The notes below the pieces were generated by a model. It made no database searches. It had not been told where the DNA came from and worked only from the letters and a program-made list of their open reading frames with translations. A stretch of DNA of 56,175 nucleotides. Origin: Bdellovibrionales bacterium (GTDB lineage Bacteria > Pseudomonadota > Alphaproteobacteria > Micavibrionales > JBBKXB01). The position numbers were made by a program, and so were the translations under genes. The stretch lies in contig JBBKXB010000066.1 of assembly GCA_037969255.1 (NCBI GenBank), forward strand, positions 1-56,175, read 5' to 3'. Shown one piece after another: positions 28,364 through 37,272 of this stretch (the first letter of the stretch is position 1; every line of letters starts with the position of its first letter).

Positions 28364-29725
28364 ATGGCTGATCTGCGCGCCCGCCGTAAACAGGACCAAC
28401 GAAGCAATACTGAAGAGTTGCTTCGTATGGACATGGATGGTGTGCTTAACATTGGCGATAAAAAATATGCTGTTAATTTACTATGGCTTACATTTGATGA
28501 GGCCGCCACAACGGGCGAAACCATCAAAGCGCAAAAGAAAATCCGTCATGATCTCATCAAACCTGATTTTCTTGGTGAACGCTCAAACCTCATTTCACAA
28601 CAAGCTTATGGTCATTTAAAAAAAGGTCATAAAATTGGTATGCCTGTGGCCGCCGCTATTCTCACCGATATTTTGGTGGGCGAATGGCACGGGTGTTTTA
28701 AGGCTGAAAATGGTTGGTGGTATGTAGCGGTTCATGGGGATGCGATTGCCCCAGATGGTGATTTGTTCTTTGATAACGAGGAAAAAGCCTACAAACATTT
28801 TACAGACGCGAATGAACGCCAAGCATGGCCACGTGCCTATGCACCAAGCGAATGGTCAGTGGATGGGGCGAGCGAAGAACTTGATCTTCACGCTTTATTT
28901 AGCAACGCCCTCCCGTCAACATTTTTAAAACCTGTTACGCTCACCGCCCTTTTTGGTAATTTGCGCAATGCCATCACATTTTTTGTGGCTGTCGGCTTTT
29001 TAGCGTTGGTGATGTTAGCGTTTGGAACAACCAGTCTTGGCTCTTATTTCTCTCCGCCCAATCAAGTGAAACGAGCAATTACACTTGATATAACAGATCC
29101 TATTATTGTTCCGCCACGTTATTATGATAGCGCTGTGATTAATAATCGTTTGCTTGAAATTGAAGATTTTGCGGCGCCCGTTCTTATAGATACATGTTTG
29201 AATGTGTTTGAAGATTTATTTGTGGCGCTTCCTGGTTGGCAGATGGATAATTTGTCGTGCCGTGATGGCAATGTGATCGCGACATGGACGCGCACCAAAG
29301 CCCGTATCGCTGATTTGAATAAACTGCGCCCTCGTTTTTCACCTGATGTCGTTATGACGTATGATGGACAAAATAAATTGATGGTGCGGAAACCGCTTGA
29401 TCTCTCAAAATTAGAGAAAATTAATATGCAGGTCAAAAGCAAAGAATATTTATACGCGCTGATCACGGGTCGCCTTGAAACGAAGGGTGATTTATCCATC
29501 GCACAAATTCAAGCGCCCGCACCGCCACAACAAATTGATCCCAATACGGGCGAAATACTTCCCGCACCACCTGCCGATCAGTTCCTGTCGGTGGAGTTCC
29601 AAAGCCCTATCTCGGCGTACGAATGGTTTGAGGATTTTGACATACAGGGCATGCGCCCATTAGAATTAATATGGTCTGTAAGAGATTCGCAGTGGCGTCT
29701 CTCTGGGCTAATACAATATCAATAA
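28364..29725 (+). CDS. pilO: type IVb pilus biogenesis protein PilO-like
   Basis: 453 aa with a single central TM (ITFFVAVGFLALVMLAF). Position and size match R64/PAPI-1 PilO. The assignment is mainly positional. Confidence 0.5.
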   Translation: MADLRARRKQDQRSNTEELLRMDMDGVLNIGDKKYAVNLLWLTFDEAATTGETIKAQKKIRHDLIKPDFLGERSNLISQQAYGHLKKGHKIGMPVAAAILTDILVGEWHGCFKAENGWWYVAVHGDAIAPDGDLFFDNEEKAYKHFTDANERQAWPRAYAPSEWSVDGASEELDLHALFSNALPSTFLKPVTLTALFGNLRNAITFFVAVGFLALVMLAFGTTSLGSYFSPPNQVKRAITLDITDPIIVPPRYYDSAVINNRLLEIEDFAAPVLIDTCLNVFEDLFVALPGWQMDNLSCRDGNVIATWTRTKARIADLNKLRPRFSPDVVMTYDGQNKLMVRKPLDLSKLEKINMQVKSKEYLYALITGRLETKGDLSIAQIQAPAPPQQIDPNTGEILPAPPADQFLSVEFQSPISAYEWFEDFDIQGMRPLELIWSVRDSQWRLSGLIQYQ

Positions 29726-29738
29726 GGTAAGAGGTCTT

Positions 29739-30329
29739 ATGATGAACACTATGACGAATGTAGTTACCACAGGGTTTTTAAAGGGATTGTTCTCAATCTT
29801 ATTGGTGACTTCTGTGCTCAATCCAGCGCTCGCGCAAGACAATGATGATTGGACGTTATGCCCTGAACCTGGTGCTGCGCTCCAAGATGTGCCCGCTGGC
29901 CCTGCTGAAATTCAAGCTGACATTGACCGTTTTACGTTGTGTCTTGATCGCGCAGAACTTCTTCTCAAGCTTGAGGAAGTCAGTAATCGTAATGATGAGC
30001 TCTTGATGGGTGCTTCAGGTATGGGTGGCATGGTGTTGCCTGTGAACCCTACACCGCTTACACAAGCACAAACCGAGGAATTAATGGCCTCCAATGATCC
30101 AAATATGATGGGCGCGTTACCGCCGATAAAAATGGCTGATTACACTATCCTTGGTATAAGTGGTGCGGGGGGTGCACTTGATGCACGCCTCAATACGCCC
30201 GATGGTGATATTCAAATGGTGCGCATTGATGATCATTTAGAAGACGGCTCCGTGGTGAGCTCAATATCCGCGTCTCAAGTTTTCGTACGCAAAGATGGTA
30301 AAACAAGACTTCTACAGTGGGATAATTAA
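29739..30329 (+). CDS. pilP: type IVb pilus biogenesis protein PilP-like
   Basis: 196 aa with a signal peptide. The C-terminal small beta domain (YTILGISGAGGALDARLNTPDGDIQMVRIDDHLEDGSVV) is PilP/GspC-HR-like. Position between pilO and pilQ. Confidence 0.5.
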   Translation: MMNTMTNVVTTGFLKGLFSILLVTSVLNPALAQDNDDWTLCPEPGAALQDVPAGPAEIQADIDRFTLCLDRAELLLKLEEVSNRNDELLMGASGMGGMVLPVNPTPLTQAQTEELMASNDPNMMGALPPIKMADYTILGISGAGGALDARLNTPDGDIQMVRIDDHLEDGSVVSSISASQVFVRKDGKTRLLQWDN

Positions 30330-30335
30330 TTAAGT

Positions 30336-31895
30336 ATGGCCCTTATGATGAAATCCAGTGATCTAAAAACCGCGATTGCCGCTTGGAATAAGCGTCATCC
30401 TCTTACGGCCGAAGGTGGCCCTTTGGATCGTGGTGACAGCTTCCGCCAAATTGCGGCGTTGTTCCCTGATGGACGATTATTAGTCTCTAAATCTCATGCT
30501 GGTAACCCTCAAGTATTGTCTTTGGCCGCCGAAGCGCGTCTTTTGGATATGCCAGACCCAGAAATTCGTCTGGTGGATATCAACCGCATTCAAATCGCCT
30601 ATGAAAATGCCAACAGCGAGTTAACAGTTCGCAACCGTGGTGATGATGTGCGTATGCGCCGTGAAGTGATCAACCTTGTTGATCAAATGGGTATAAAACG
30701 TGCGTCTGATATTCACATCATTGTGTACGAGCAAACCTGTTCGGTGCGCGCGCGTATTGATGGGATGATGCAATTGGTGGCTGAATGGCCACCTGAATAT
30801 GGGCATCGTTTTTGCGCCGCCGCTTTTACCATGGCAGATGCTGCTGATGTGAACTATCAGCCCTATGAATATCAAGGCGCGCGTGTATCCAATCGTAAAG
30901 ATTTACAATTACCCGAAGGCATCATGTCCCTTCGTCTCCAATTTAACCCGACCGTATTTAATGGTCGCGCGCTTATTATTCGTCTTTTGTATAGCTCTGA
31001 TGAAAAAGATGCGGGTGACATTCGCGGTCTTGGTTTCACGGCTGAACAGCTCGAGGATTTTGAATATCTACGCGCCAAACCATTTGGTATTAACATTGTC
31101 GCAGGGCCTACGGGTCACGGTAAATCGACAACTTTGCAACGCAATATCATCGCGATTTTAAAAGAAAATAATTACAACATCGCCGTTTATACGGTGGAAG
31201 ATCCGCCCGAATATACCATTCCTGGCGCGGTACAAATGCCCGTTGTGAATGCCAATACCGCCGAACAACGTTCAGCGCAATTTACCAAAGCCATCGCAGC
31301 AGCGCTCCGTTCAAACCCCGATCGTATTATGATTGGTGAGGTGCGTGATGCGGCTTCTGCGCAACTCGCATTCGAGGCGGCGATGACAGGTCACCAAGTG
31401 TGGACAACACTCCATGCCAATGATGCCATCACGATTCCTTTCCGTCTTCGAGATTTGGATGTGGAACATTATAAAATCGGTGACCCCACACTTTTAACAG
31501 GGCTTGTATCCCAACGCCTGATACGAATTTTGTGTACTGATTGCTGTCGCACAGTGTCCGAAAATGAAATTCCACCCACTATGCTAGCGCGTATGGAAGT
31601 CGTGAATATCCCCATTGAACGCGTACGCCAACGCAACGCTGATGGTTGCGAAACATGTGGTAAAGGTAATGGGTATCAAGGTCGTACCGTGGTTGCCGAA
31701 ATCATTCTCCCTGATGAAGGGTTTATGGATCTTGTGAAACAAGACAAGAAAAACGAGGCTGAAAAATATTGGCTCACGCATCTTGGTGGACGTTCCATGA
31801 GCGAACAAACTGTTGAAATGGTTCTTGATGGACGCGTTGATCCGTTTGATGCCGAACGCACGGTAGGACCGTTTGCTCTGCCTGATCGTGGGTGA
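30336..31895 (+). CDS. pilQ: type IVb pilus assembly ATPase PilQ (GspE/PulE family)
   Basis: 519 aa. Walker A GPTGHGKST, IMIGEVRD, His box VWTTLHAND, tetracysteine CTDCC...CETCG. Confidence 0.85.
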   Translation: MALMMKSSDLKTAIAAWNKRHPLTAEGGPLDRGDSFRQIAALFPDGRLLVSKSHAGNPQVLSLAAEARLLDMPDPEIRLVDINRIQIAYENANSELTVRNRGDDVRMRREVINLVDQMGIKRASDIHIIVYEQTCSVRARIDGMMQLVAEWPPEYGHRFCAAAFTMADAADVNYQPYEYQGARVSNRKDLQLPEGIMSLRLQFNPTVFNGRALIIRLLYSSDEKDAGDIRGLGFTAEQLEDFEYLRAKPFGINIVAGPTGHGKSTTLQRNIIAILKENNYNIAVYTVEDPPEYTIPGAVQMPVVNANTAEQRSAQFTKAIAAALRSNPDRIMIGEVRDAASAQLAFEAAMTGHQVWTTLHANDAITIPFRLRDLDVEHYKIGDPTLLTGLVSQRLIRILCTDCCRTVSENEIPPTMLARMEVVNIPIERVRQRNADGCETCGKGNGYQGRTVVAEIILPDEGFMDLVKQDKKNEAEKYWLTHLGGRSMSEQTVEMVLDGRVDPFDAERTVGPFALPDRG

Positions 31896-31901
31896 TCGTA
31901 C

Positions 31902-32960
31902 ATGAGCAGCTTTCTCACATCACTAGCAATTAAAACACAATTTGGCAGTGATGCACGCGAACGTTTTTATACAAAAATTGCGCAGTTGCTTGATAATGGC
32001 GTTAATTTAGACACATCTCTTATACAGCTTCAAAAAGTTGCCAGTCGCCGTAAAAATTCAACGCTCATTCGTTTTTATGGATCACTTCGTAATGTGCTCG
32101 CCAATGGTGGGAATATTGGCCAAGCCTTATCGCCCTATTTACCCTCATCAGAAGCCATTATGATTGAAACGGGCGCTAACACAGGTAAATTGACAACCGC
32201 GCTCAACAATACCGTGCAAATGATGGTGCAACAAAAGAAATTGAAAAAGGCGATTGTTGGCTCTATGGCCTACCCAATTATGCTTTTTATCATGCTTATT
32301 TTGGCGCTTTATTTGGTGTCCACTCAGATCATTCCCATTTTTTCCGAGGTTCTCCCCCTTGATCAATGGGAAGGCCTATCTTTGACCGTTGCGAATGTGT
32401 CTTTGTTTATTCGCGCCTATGGACTGAAACTTCTTATCTTATTTGCTGTTATCATTGCGCTTATTATGTGGTCTCTGCCCAATTGGACTGGACGGTCTAG
32501 ATTAATCGTTGAAAAGATATTCCCGTGGAACATTTACCGTCTGTGGCAAGGCTCTGCATTTTTGCTCGCTGTGTCATCATTAATGTCAGCAGGTGTAAAG
32601 TTGGATGAGGTGTCGCTTCGCAAACTTGGTCAAAAAACGAGCCCTTATTTAAAACAACGCATCACCGCCATTCAACGTCAAATGGTTGCGGGTATGAATT
32701 TGGGAGAGGCCATGAATCGCACGGGTTATAAATTTCCCGATGAAGAAATTATTGATGACATTCTTGTGTATGCCACGCTCAAAGGCTTTGACGAGAGTAT
32801 TTATCGAATCACCAATCGATGGATAGACGATCTGGTACAAAACATCACCAGCCTCATGAAGGGCGTGAACACCCTGATGCTTTTTGCAGTGTCGGCTGTG
32901 ATTGGCTCTTTGATTATTTCGTTCTATGATATCTTCCAGATGATCAATGCTCAAAATTAA
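31902..32960 (+). CDS. pilR: type IVb pilus platform protein PilR (GspF/PilC family)
   Basis: 352 aa with the GspF-like two-repeat architecture and three TM segments. Confidence 0.75.
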   Translation: MSSFLTSLAIKTQFGSDARERFYTKIAQLLDNGVNLDTSLIQLQKVASRRKNSTLIRFYGSLRNVLANGGNIGQALSPYLPSSEAIMIETGANTGKLTTALNNTVQMMVQQKKLKKAIVGSMAYPIMLFIMLILALYLVSTQIIPIFSEVLPLDQWEGLSLTVANVSLFIRAYGLKLLILFAVIIALIMWSLPNWTGRSRLIVEKIFPWNIYRLWQGSAFLLAVSSLMSAGVKLDEVSLRKLGQKTSPYLKQRITAIQRQMVAGMNLGEAMNRTGYKFPDEEIIDDILVYATLKGFDESIYRITNRWIDDLVQNITSLMKGVNTLMLFAVSAVIGSLIISFYDIFQMINAQN

Positions 32961-33531
32961 ACAGGCTGCACACAAACATTATGGCTTCACATTGCTCGAG
33001 CTATTACTCGTAGTAGGTATTGCCGCCATTTTAATTGTGGCTGGTATCACAACCTATAACCTTGTAACACGCGGTAATCAGGTCAATGAAACCATAAGAT
33101 TGGTCAATATTTTAGCGGATCAAACAAGACGATTATACGGTTCACAAAATAATTACGGTGCCTCGGGAGCAAATATAGAAACGGCTTTGTTTAATGTCGG
33201 CGCTATCCCCGCTAAATATAAAGATGTGGCCAATGCGCAAATTATTTCCCCTTACAGCGCCATCGCCAATGCGGTCAAAGTTGAAGCTTTGGAATTACCC
33301 GCAGTAAGTTTGGGTGGTTTTGTTATATATTTAGCCGTACCTCCTGCTCTTGTTCCTGAAATTGCCGCAGCATTTGATCCCAACAAAAACACCAATGTGC
33401 ATGTTATACGTTATTGTGGATTCGGCGCTATATTTGCAGGCGACACCTTTGATCTTTCCGCTATATCATCAACATGTGGTAACAGTACAACGGTTCCCTC
33501 TGATGAAAACTTTGGAATACTTTTTAAATAA
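32947..33531 (+). CDS. pilS: type IV prepilin, paralogue 1 (PilS-like)
   Basis: Class III signal MLKIKQAAHKHYG|FTLLELLLVVGIAA (Gly-1, Phe+1, Glu+5). C-terminal Cys pair (C-x19-C). Overlaps pilR by 14 nt with no obvious SD. Confidence 0.75.
   Translation: MLKIKQAAHKHYGFTLLELLLVVGIAAILIVAGITTYNLVTRGNQVNETIRLVNILADQTRRLYGSQNNYGASGANIETALFNVGAIPAKYKDVANAQIISPYSAIANAVKVEALELPAVSLGGFVIYLAVPPALVPEIAAAFDPNKNTNVHVIRYCGFGAIFAGDTFDLSAISSTCGNSTTVPSDENFGILFK
32983..33090 (+). repeat. conserved 5' pilin segment, copy 1 of 2 (direct repeat)
   Basis: 108 nt with about 10 mismatches against 33655-33762. All differences are synonymous, so 36 identical residues are encoded (GFTLLE...GNQVNE). Confidence 0.9.
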
Positions 33532-33636
33532 AATAAGCCGTATTTATGAATGATAGTTCGCATTAATTATTGAGTCTTTTTCTCATTGTAAAACCGTGCT
33601 AGCATGATTCCCACAGAGATTTAGGAGGTCTTTCTC

Positions 33637-34182
33637 ATGATAAAAAACAATAAAGGTTTTACATTGCTCGAGCTATTACTCGTGGTAGGTATTGCCGCCA
33701 TTTTAATTGTTGCTGGTATCACAACTTATAACCTTGTGACACGCGGTAACCAAGTGAACGAAGCTGTTCGTCTTGTGAACACATTGGCCGACCAAACACG
33801 TCGCCTTTATTCATCACAAAGCACGTATGGTACATCTGCAACGAATATTGAAGCCGCGCTTTATAACGCTGGTTCAGTACCGTCACGTTATATCAGCGCA
33901 ACCGCTGGTGTGATCACATCACCGTTTTCATCCGCCGCAACTGCCGTTGCTGTAACGGGTGATGCAACCGCTGGTCAATTCAATGTGTCTATGGCTATGC
34001 CACCAAACTTGGTGCCTGAAGTTGTGAGCACATTTAACCCTGCGCAATCATCCGACATTGTTAGTGTGACTTATTGTGGTAGCACAACAACCGCGAATGT
34101 TGATCCAGCAACCGTTGCTACGACTTGTGGTAGCGCGACAACGATCCCAACATCTGCAAACTTTAACGTAAAGTTCCGTTAA
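33637..34182 (+). CDS. pilS: type IV prepilin, paralogue 2 (PilS-like; probable major pilin)
   Basis: MIKNNKG|FTLLELLLVVGIAA. Strong SD AGGAGG at 33623-33628. C-terminal Cys pair (C-x16-C). Followed by a strong intrinsic terminator. Confidence 0.85.
   Translation: MIKNNKGFTLLELLLVVGIAAILIVAGITTYNLVTRGNQVNEAVRLVNTLADQTRRLYSSQSTYGTSATNIEAALYNAGSVPSRYISATAGVITSPFSSAATAVAVTGDATAGQFNVSMAMPPNLVPEVVSTFNPAQSSDIVSVTYCGSTTTANVDPATVATTCGSATTIPTSANFNVKFR
33655..33762 (+). repeat. conserved 5' pilin segment, copy 2 of 2
   Basis: See 32983-33090. Confidence 0.9.
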
Positions 34183-34207
34183 ACTTTAATTCTTATATCA
34201 ATAAAAA

Positions 34208-34238
34208 GCCCTTTGGTTCATCCCGAGGGGCTTTTTTT
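34208..34238 (+). terminator. rho-independent terminator after pilS paralogue 2
   Basis: GCCCTTTGG-(6-nt loop)-CCGAGGGC forms a stem of about 9 bp including 2 G-U pairs, followed by T7 (34232-34238). Confidence 0.75.
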
Positions 34239-34287
34239 ATGGCGCCAAAGTCACTTAAAACGTCTTATAATCTTTACGTTTTATTGA

Positions 34288-34303
34288 TATTTTATGGTAT
34301 AAT
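34288..34303 (+). promoter_or_regulatory. extended -10 promoter candidate (TATTTTATGGTATAAT) for the pilV-like operon
   Basis: TGnTATAAT at 34295-34303, 46 nt upstream of ATG 34349 and downstream of the pilS terminator. Shares a 15-nt identity with 49247-49261. Confidence 0.6.
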
Positions 34304-34348
34304 GGTGAAGCATAAAATATAATTAAAATGGGTGAGATTTAAAACATA

Positions 34349-35908
34349 ATGCGCATGAAACGATACAAAGCCAATCAAGAGCAAGGTGCCAGTATATTTC
34401 TGGGGCTTTTTGCTGTGCTTATTATCGCAGGCTATATCCTCGTGAACGTCAATGTCGACAAAGATCGTATCATTCAAGAGCGTGTGACCCAGACAGCATG
34501 GCTGATCAAACAAGTTTCTGAGGCCGCACGCTTATATGTTCGCGATCAAAATGTGGCTGGCGCCGCCGTTTATCAAAAAACCGCATTATGCACCACGCCG
34601 CGCGCAATCACTGTCAATGAGCTTGTGCTTGCGGGGTATATTGGTGCCAGCATTGGTGAAAAAAATACAGCGCTCACTAGTTTTATTACACCTCTTGATC
34701 AAACCATTCAAATCATCGCCGCCAATTCCAATATTGATTCGAGCGATTGTAGCCCCACCGCTCTGGGTAATGTCGCGGCCACGGCCTACATCATATTACA
34801 ACCTCCCACACAAGGCATTGATAACATCGTGCTCGCGGCTTTGGCAGAAGCGTTAACGGTTGAGGATATGCCCGTTGGCAACCCAATCTTTGATAATTTT
34901 GGCAATAATGTTTCTGATAATTGTGGCGCGAGTCCCGCCACCATTCAATGGGACACGGGCTGTCTTAACAACACGCAATTTTCTTTTTTAACGGGCGGTG
35001 TGCCCTTTACGAATTCATACATGGGTGTGCCGACATGGCTGACATTCCGCGGGGATAACCGCGCTGTGTTCCGTTATGAACAGGCTGAAAATCCAGCCGC
35101 CACACAAATGCAAACCAATTTGCTCATGGCAACCATTGATCAAAATAATGACATAGACACGTGTGCACAGCGCCAATACACAACGACCGATGAATCTCTT
35201 ATTGCCGCACAACCAACCGCCACAAAACAAATCAACAGTGGTGTGTGTAGTGACACTGGTAACAGACAAAACATTAACAATGTCGGCAATTTGACGACCA
35301 ATCGCGTGCTTAACAACGGGTTCACCTCGACAGGCAACACAGCGATAGTGGGCAATGTACGCGCGTTTAATGGCGCCAATGCCATTCAAATGAATGATAT
35401 AAATTTCACGGGCGGGACATCAACCATTACGGTTGCACCGCGCGATCCATTAAGTCCCAACGCACCGCGTGTTGTGATGAACGATGTGACGGCTGATCTT
35501 GTCCAAGCCGATACAGGGAGTGCGACCAACAGTTTTGCCAGCGGGGAAACATCCGTCATTAACGCCTTTAGCGTGAATGGTGGCGGGATCATCATAGACA
35601 ACACAAGTGGCGCTGGACGCGGAGTTCTGGCCAATACTATGGGCGGGACAGCCAATAATGTCACCGTGTCCAATAATGCAACATTTGGAGGCAATACATC
35701 CATCGCCAGCCAAACATCGCTATCTGGTAGCAGTAACATCCCACTGGCCGCGGCGCGGATCAACGCCAATGACGTAACTCTTAATGGTGATATCACAGTG
35801 GGAAATACTTTAACGGTTTCGGGCACTGTGAATACCGCCATAACATCGGTGGGTCAGTGTGTGGGTGATTGTCCAGATCGTTCACCAGATATAGAGCCAC
35901 CATTATGA
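34349..35908 (+). CDS. large pilin-like protein 1 (PilV-position; non-canonical N-terminus, N/T/G/S-rich repeat tail)
   Basis: 519 aa. N-terminal hydrophobic helix QEQGASIFLGLFAVLIIAGYILV (no Glu+5). The C-terminal ~220 aa is low-charge N/T/G/S/A/V repeat sequence ending QCVGDCPDRSPDIEPPL. Confidence 0.55.
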   Translation: MRMKRYKANQEQGASIFLGLFAVLIIAGYILVNVNVDKDRIIQERVTQTAWLIKQVSEAARLYVRDQNVAGAAVYQKTALCTTPRAITVNELVLAGYIGASIGEKNTALTSFITPLDQTIQIIAANSNIDSSDCSPTALGNVAATAYIILQPPTQGIDNIVLAALAEALTVEDMPVGNPIFDNFGNNVSDNCGASPATIQWDTGCLNNTQFSFLTGGVPFTNSYMGVPTWLTFRGDNRAVFRYEQAENPAATQMQTNLLMATIDQNNDIDTCAQRQYTTTDESLIAAQPTATKQINSGVCSDTGNRQNINNVGNLTTNRVLNNGFTSTGNTAIVGNVRAFNGANAIQMNDINFTGGTSTITVAPRDPLSPNAPRVVMNDVTADLVQADTGSATNSFASGETSVINAFSVNGGGIIIDNTSGAGRGVLANTMGGTANNVTVSNNATFGGNTSIASQTSLSGSSNIPLAAARINANDVTLNGDITVGNTLTVSGTVNTAITSVGQCVGDCPDRSPDIEPPL

Positions 35909-37272
35909 TGAAACAACATCCAAAAAATACCAAACTTCAACGCGCCTTTAGTTTATTAGAGGTTCTTTTGGCTGTGGGCATCATGGCGACCATCTTGGCA
36001 ATTGGGACTGTGATCACCACGGATCTTGCGCGTCAAATTGTGAATGAAAAAGCCGCTGGGCAAATGCTCACCCTTCAACGCGCGGGTGAAGAATACGCGA
36101 CCTCTAATTTCAACAAACTTTTAAATTCGGCGGTGGCTGGTAATATTGCCTCGCCGACCTCAAGCCGTGTTGTTAACATCAGCACATTAATATCGGATGG
36201 ATTCTTGCCCAATGGTTTCGAGGCCGAAAACCTCCTCAATCTTGATATGGCGCTCTATTTGAGAAACGCGACCAATATCTCGGGTGTCGCGCCCATAGCC
36301 ACAATTGAAGTGATCACTGTGACATCAGGAACACCCGCCACACCGCGCGGTCAAACGTTTAAATGGATTTTGGACACCGCGCTTTTTGGCGGTGGTAAAT
36401 TAGGTGTTTTAAGTAATATTGGCGCTGGATTTAACAATGTGAGCTTCACCAGCACCAATGGCTCTTGGAATGTTCCCATTGGTAATATTTCGTCTTATAG
36501 CCCCTCTTTGCCCACAGCTTCCAATGATCCTTCTGGCTATATTGCCGCTTATGGGCGCGTGACGAGTGAAGACGTGTTTGATTCGAACGTGCTGTATCGT
36601 ATTCCAATCGCTGGAAATCCAAATCTCAATCGTATGCAAACAGGTCTCAACATGAACAATAATGGGTTGACCGATGTTGGTACGCTAACCGCCGAACAAA
36701 TGAACACGGGCAATGTGAATTTAAACAGCACAGGGCGTTATGCGCTCTCATCCACGGGCACCATGAATTTTGGAGCGGGCACAACATCCATGTCTGGTGA
36801 TATGGTTGTGTACGGTGTTGATCCAGCGGCGGGTAATTCTTTGACCGCAAATTCTGTGAATTTAGGCACAGGTAGCCTTAACGCAGGCTCAATTGCCACC
36901 GATACGCTCAACGCAGGCGCGGACGGTCTTGTGGCCAATAACCTTAACACCGTTTCGGCGACATCTCAGGATTTGATCGCCAATGGCACGTTAAATTTAA
37001 ACAGCGTGAACACAGTATCAACGTCAAACATGCAACTTGGTGGATCATCAGGATCAACAACATTAACGGCTGATAATCTAACCGCGGGCAATCTTGTTGC
37101 GGGTGAAGCCAACGTCACAGGCGGCATGACTGTCACCAATGATGGTATCAGCACGGTCAACAATATGTCGGTTGGTGGGGGCGCCACAGTGCGCTCTCTT
37201 GGCACGAACAAAGCCACATTCACTGATTTGTGTTACACCACGGGCGCAAAGGATGACATTAATGGCTGTTAA
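35905..37272 (+). CDS. pilV: PilV-like minor pilin/adhesin 2
   Basis: ATGA overlap with the upstream stop. Class III-like signal MMKQHPKNTKLQRA|FSLLEVLLAVGIMA (Glu+5). N/T/G/S-rich tail ending LCYTTGAKDDINGC. Confidence 0.65.
   Translation: MMKQHPKNTKLQRAFSLLEVLLAVGIMATILAIGTVITTDLARQIVNEKAAGQMLTLQRAGEEYATSNFNKLLNSAVAGNIASPTSSRVVNISTLISDGFLPNGFEAENLLNLDMALYLRNATNISGVAPIATIEVITVTSGTPATPRGQTFKWILDTALFGGGKLGVLSNIGAGFNNVSFTSTNGSWNVPIGNISSYSPSLPTASNDPSGYIAAYGRVTSEDVFDSNVLYRIPIAGNPNLNRMQTGLNMNNNGLTDVGTLTAEQMNTGNVNLNSTGRYALSSTGTMNFGAGTTSMSGDMVVYGVDPAAGNSLTANSVNLGTGSLNAGSIATDTLNAGADGLVANNLNTVSATSQDLIANGTLNLNSVNTVSTSNMQLGGSSGSTTLTADNLTAGNLVAGEANVTGGMTVTNDGISTVNNMSVGGGATVRSLGTNKATFTDLCYTTGAKDDINGC

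Noticed and set aside
35386-35841. Long antisense ORFs across the pilV-like genes (35386-35841, 35015-35389, 36738-36950, 36966-37223, 38203-38547).
   Set aside because: They lie opposite the N/T/G/S-rich repeat-coding regions, whose codon composition suppresses antisense stop codons. They have no start context or recognisable domains, and the sense ORFs have pilin-type N-termini.
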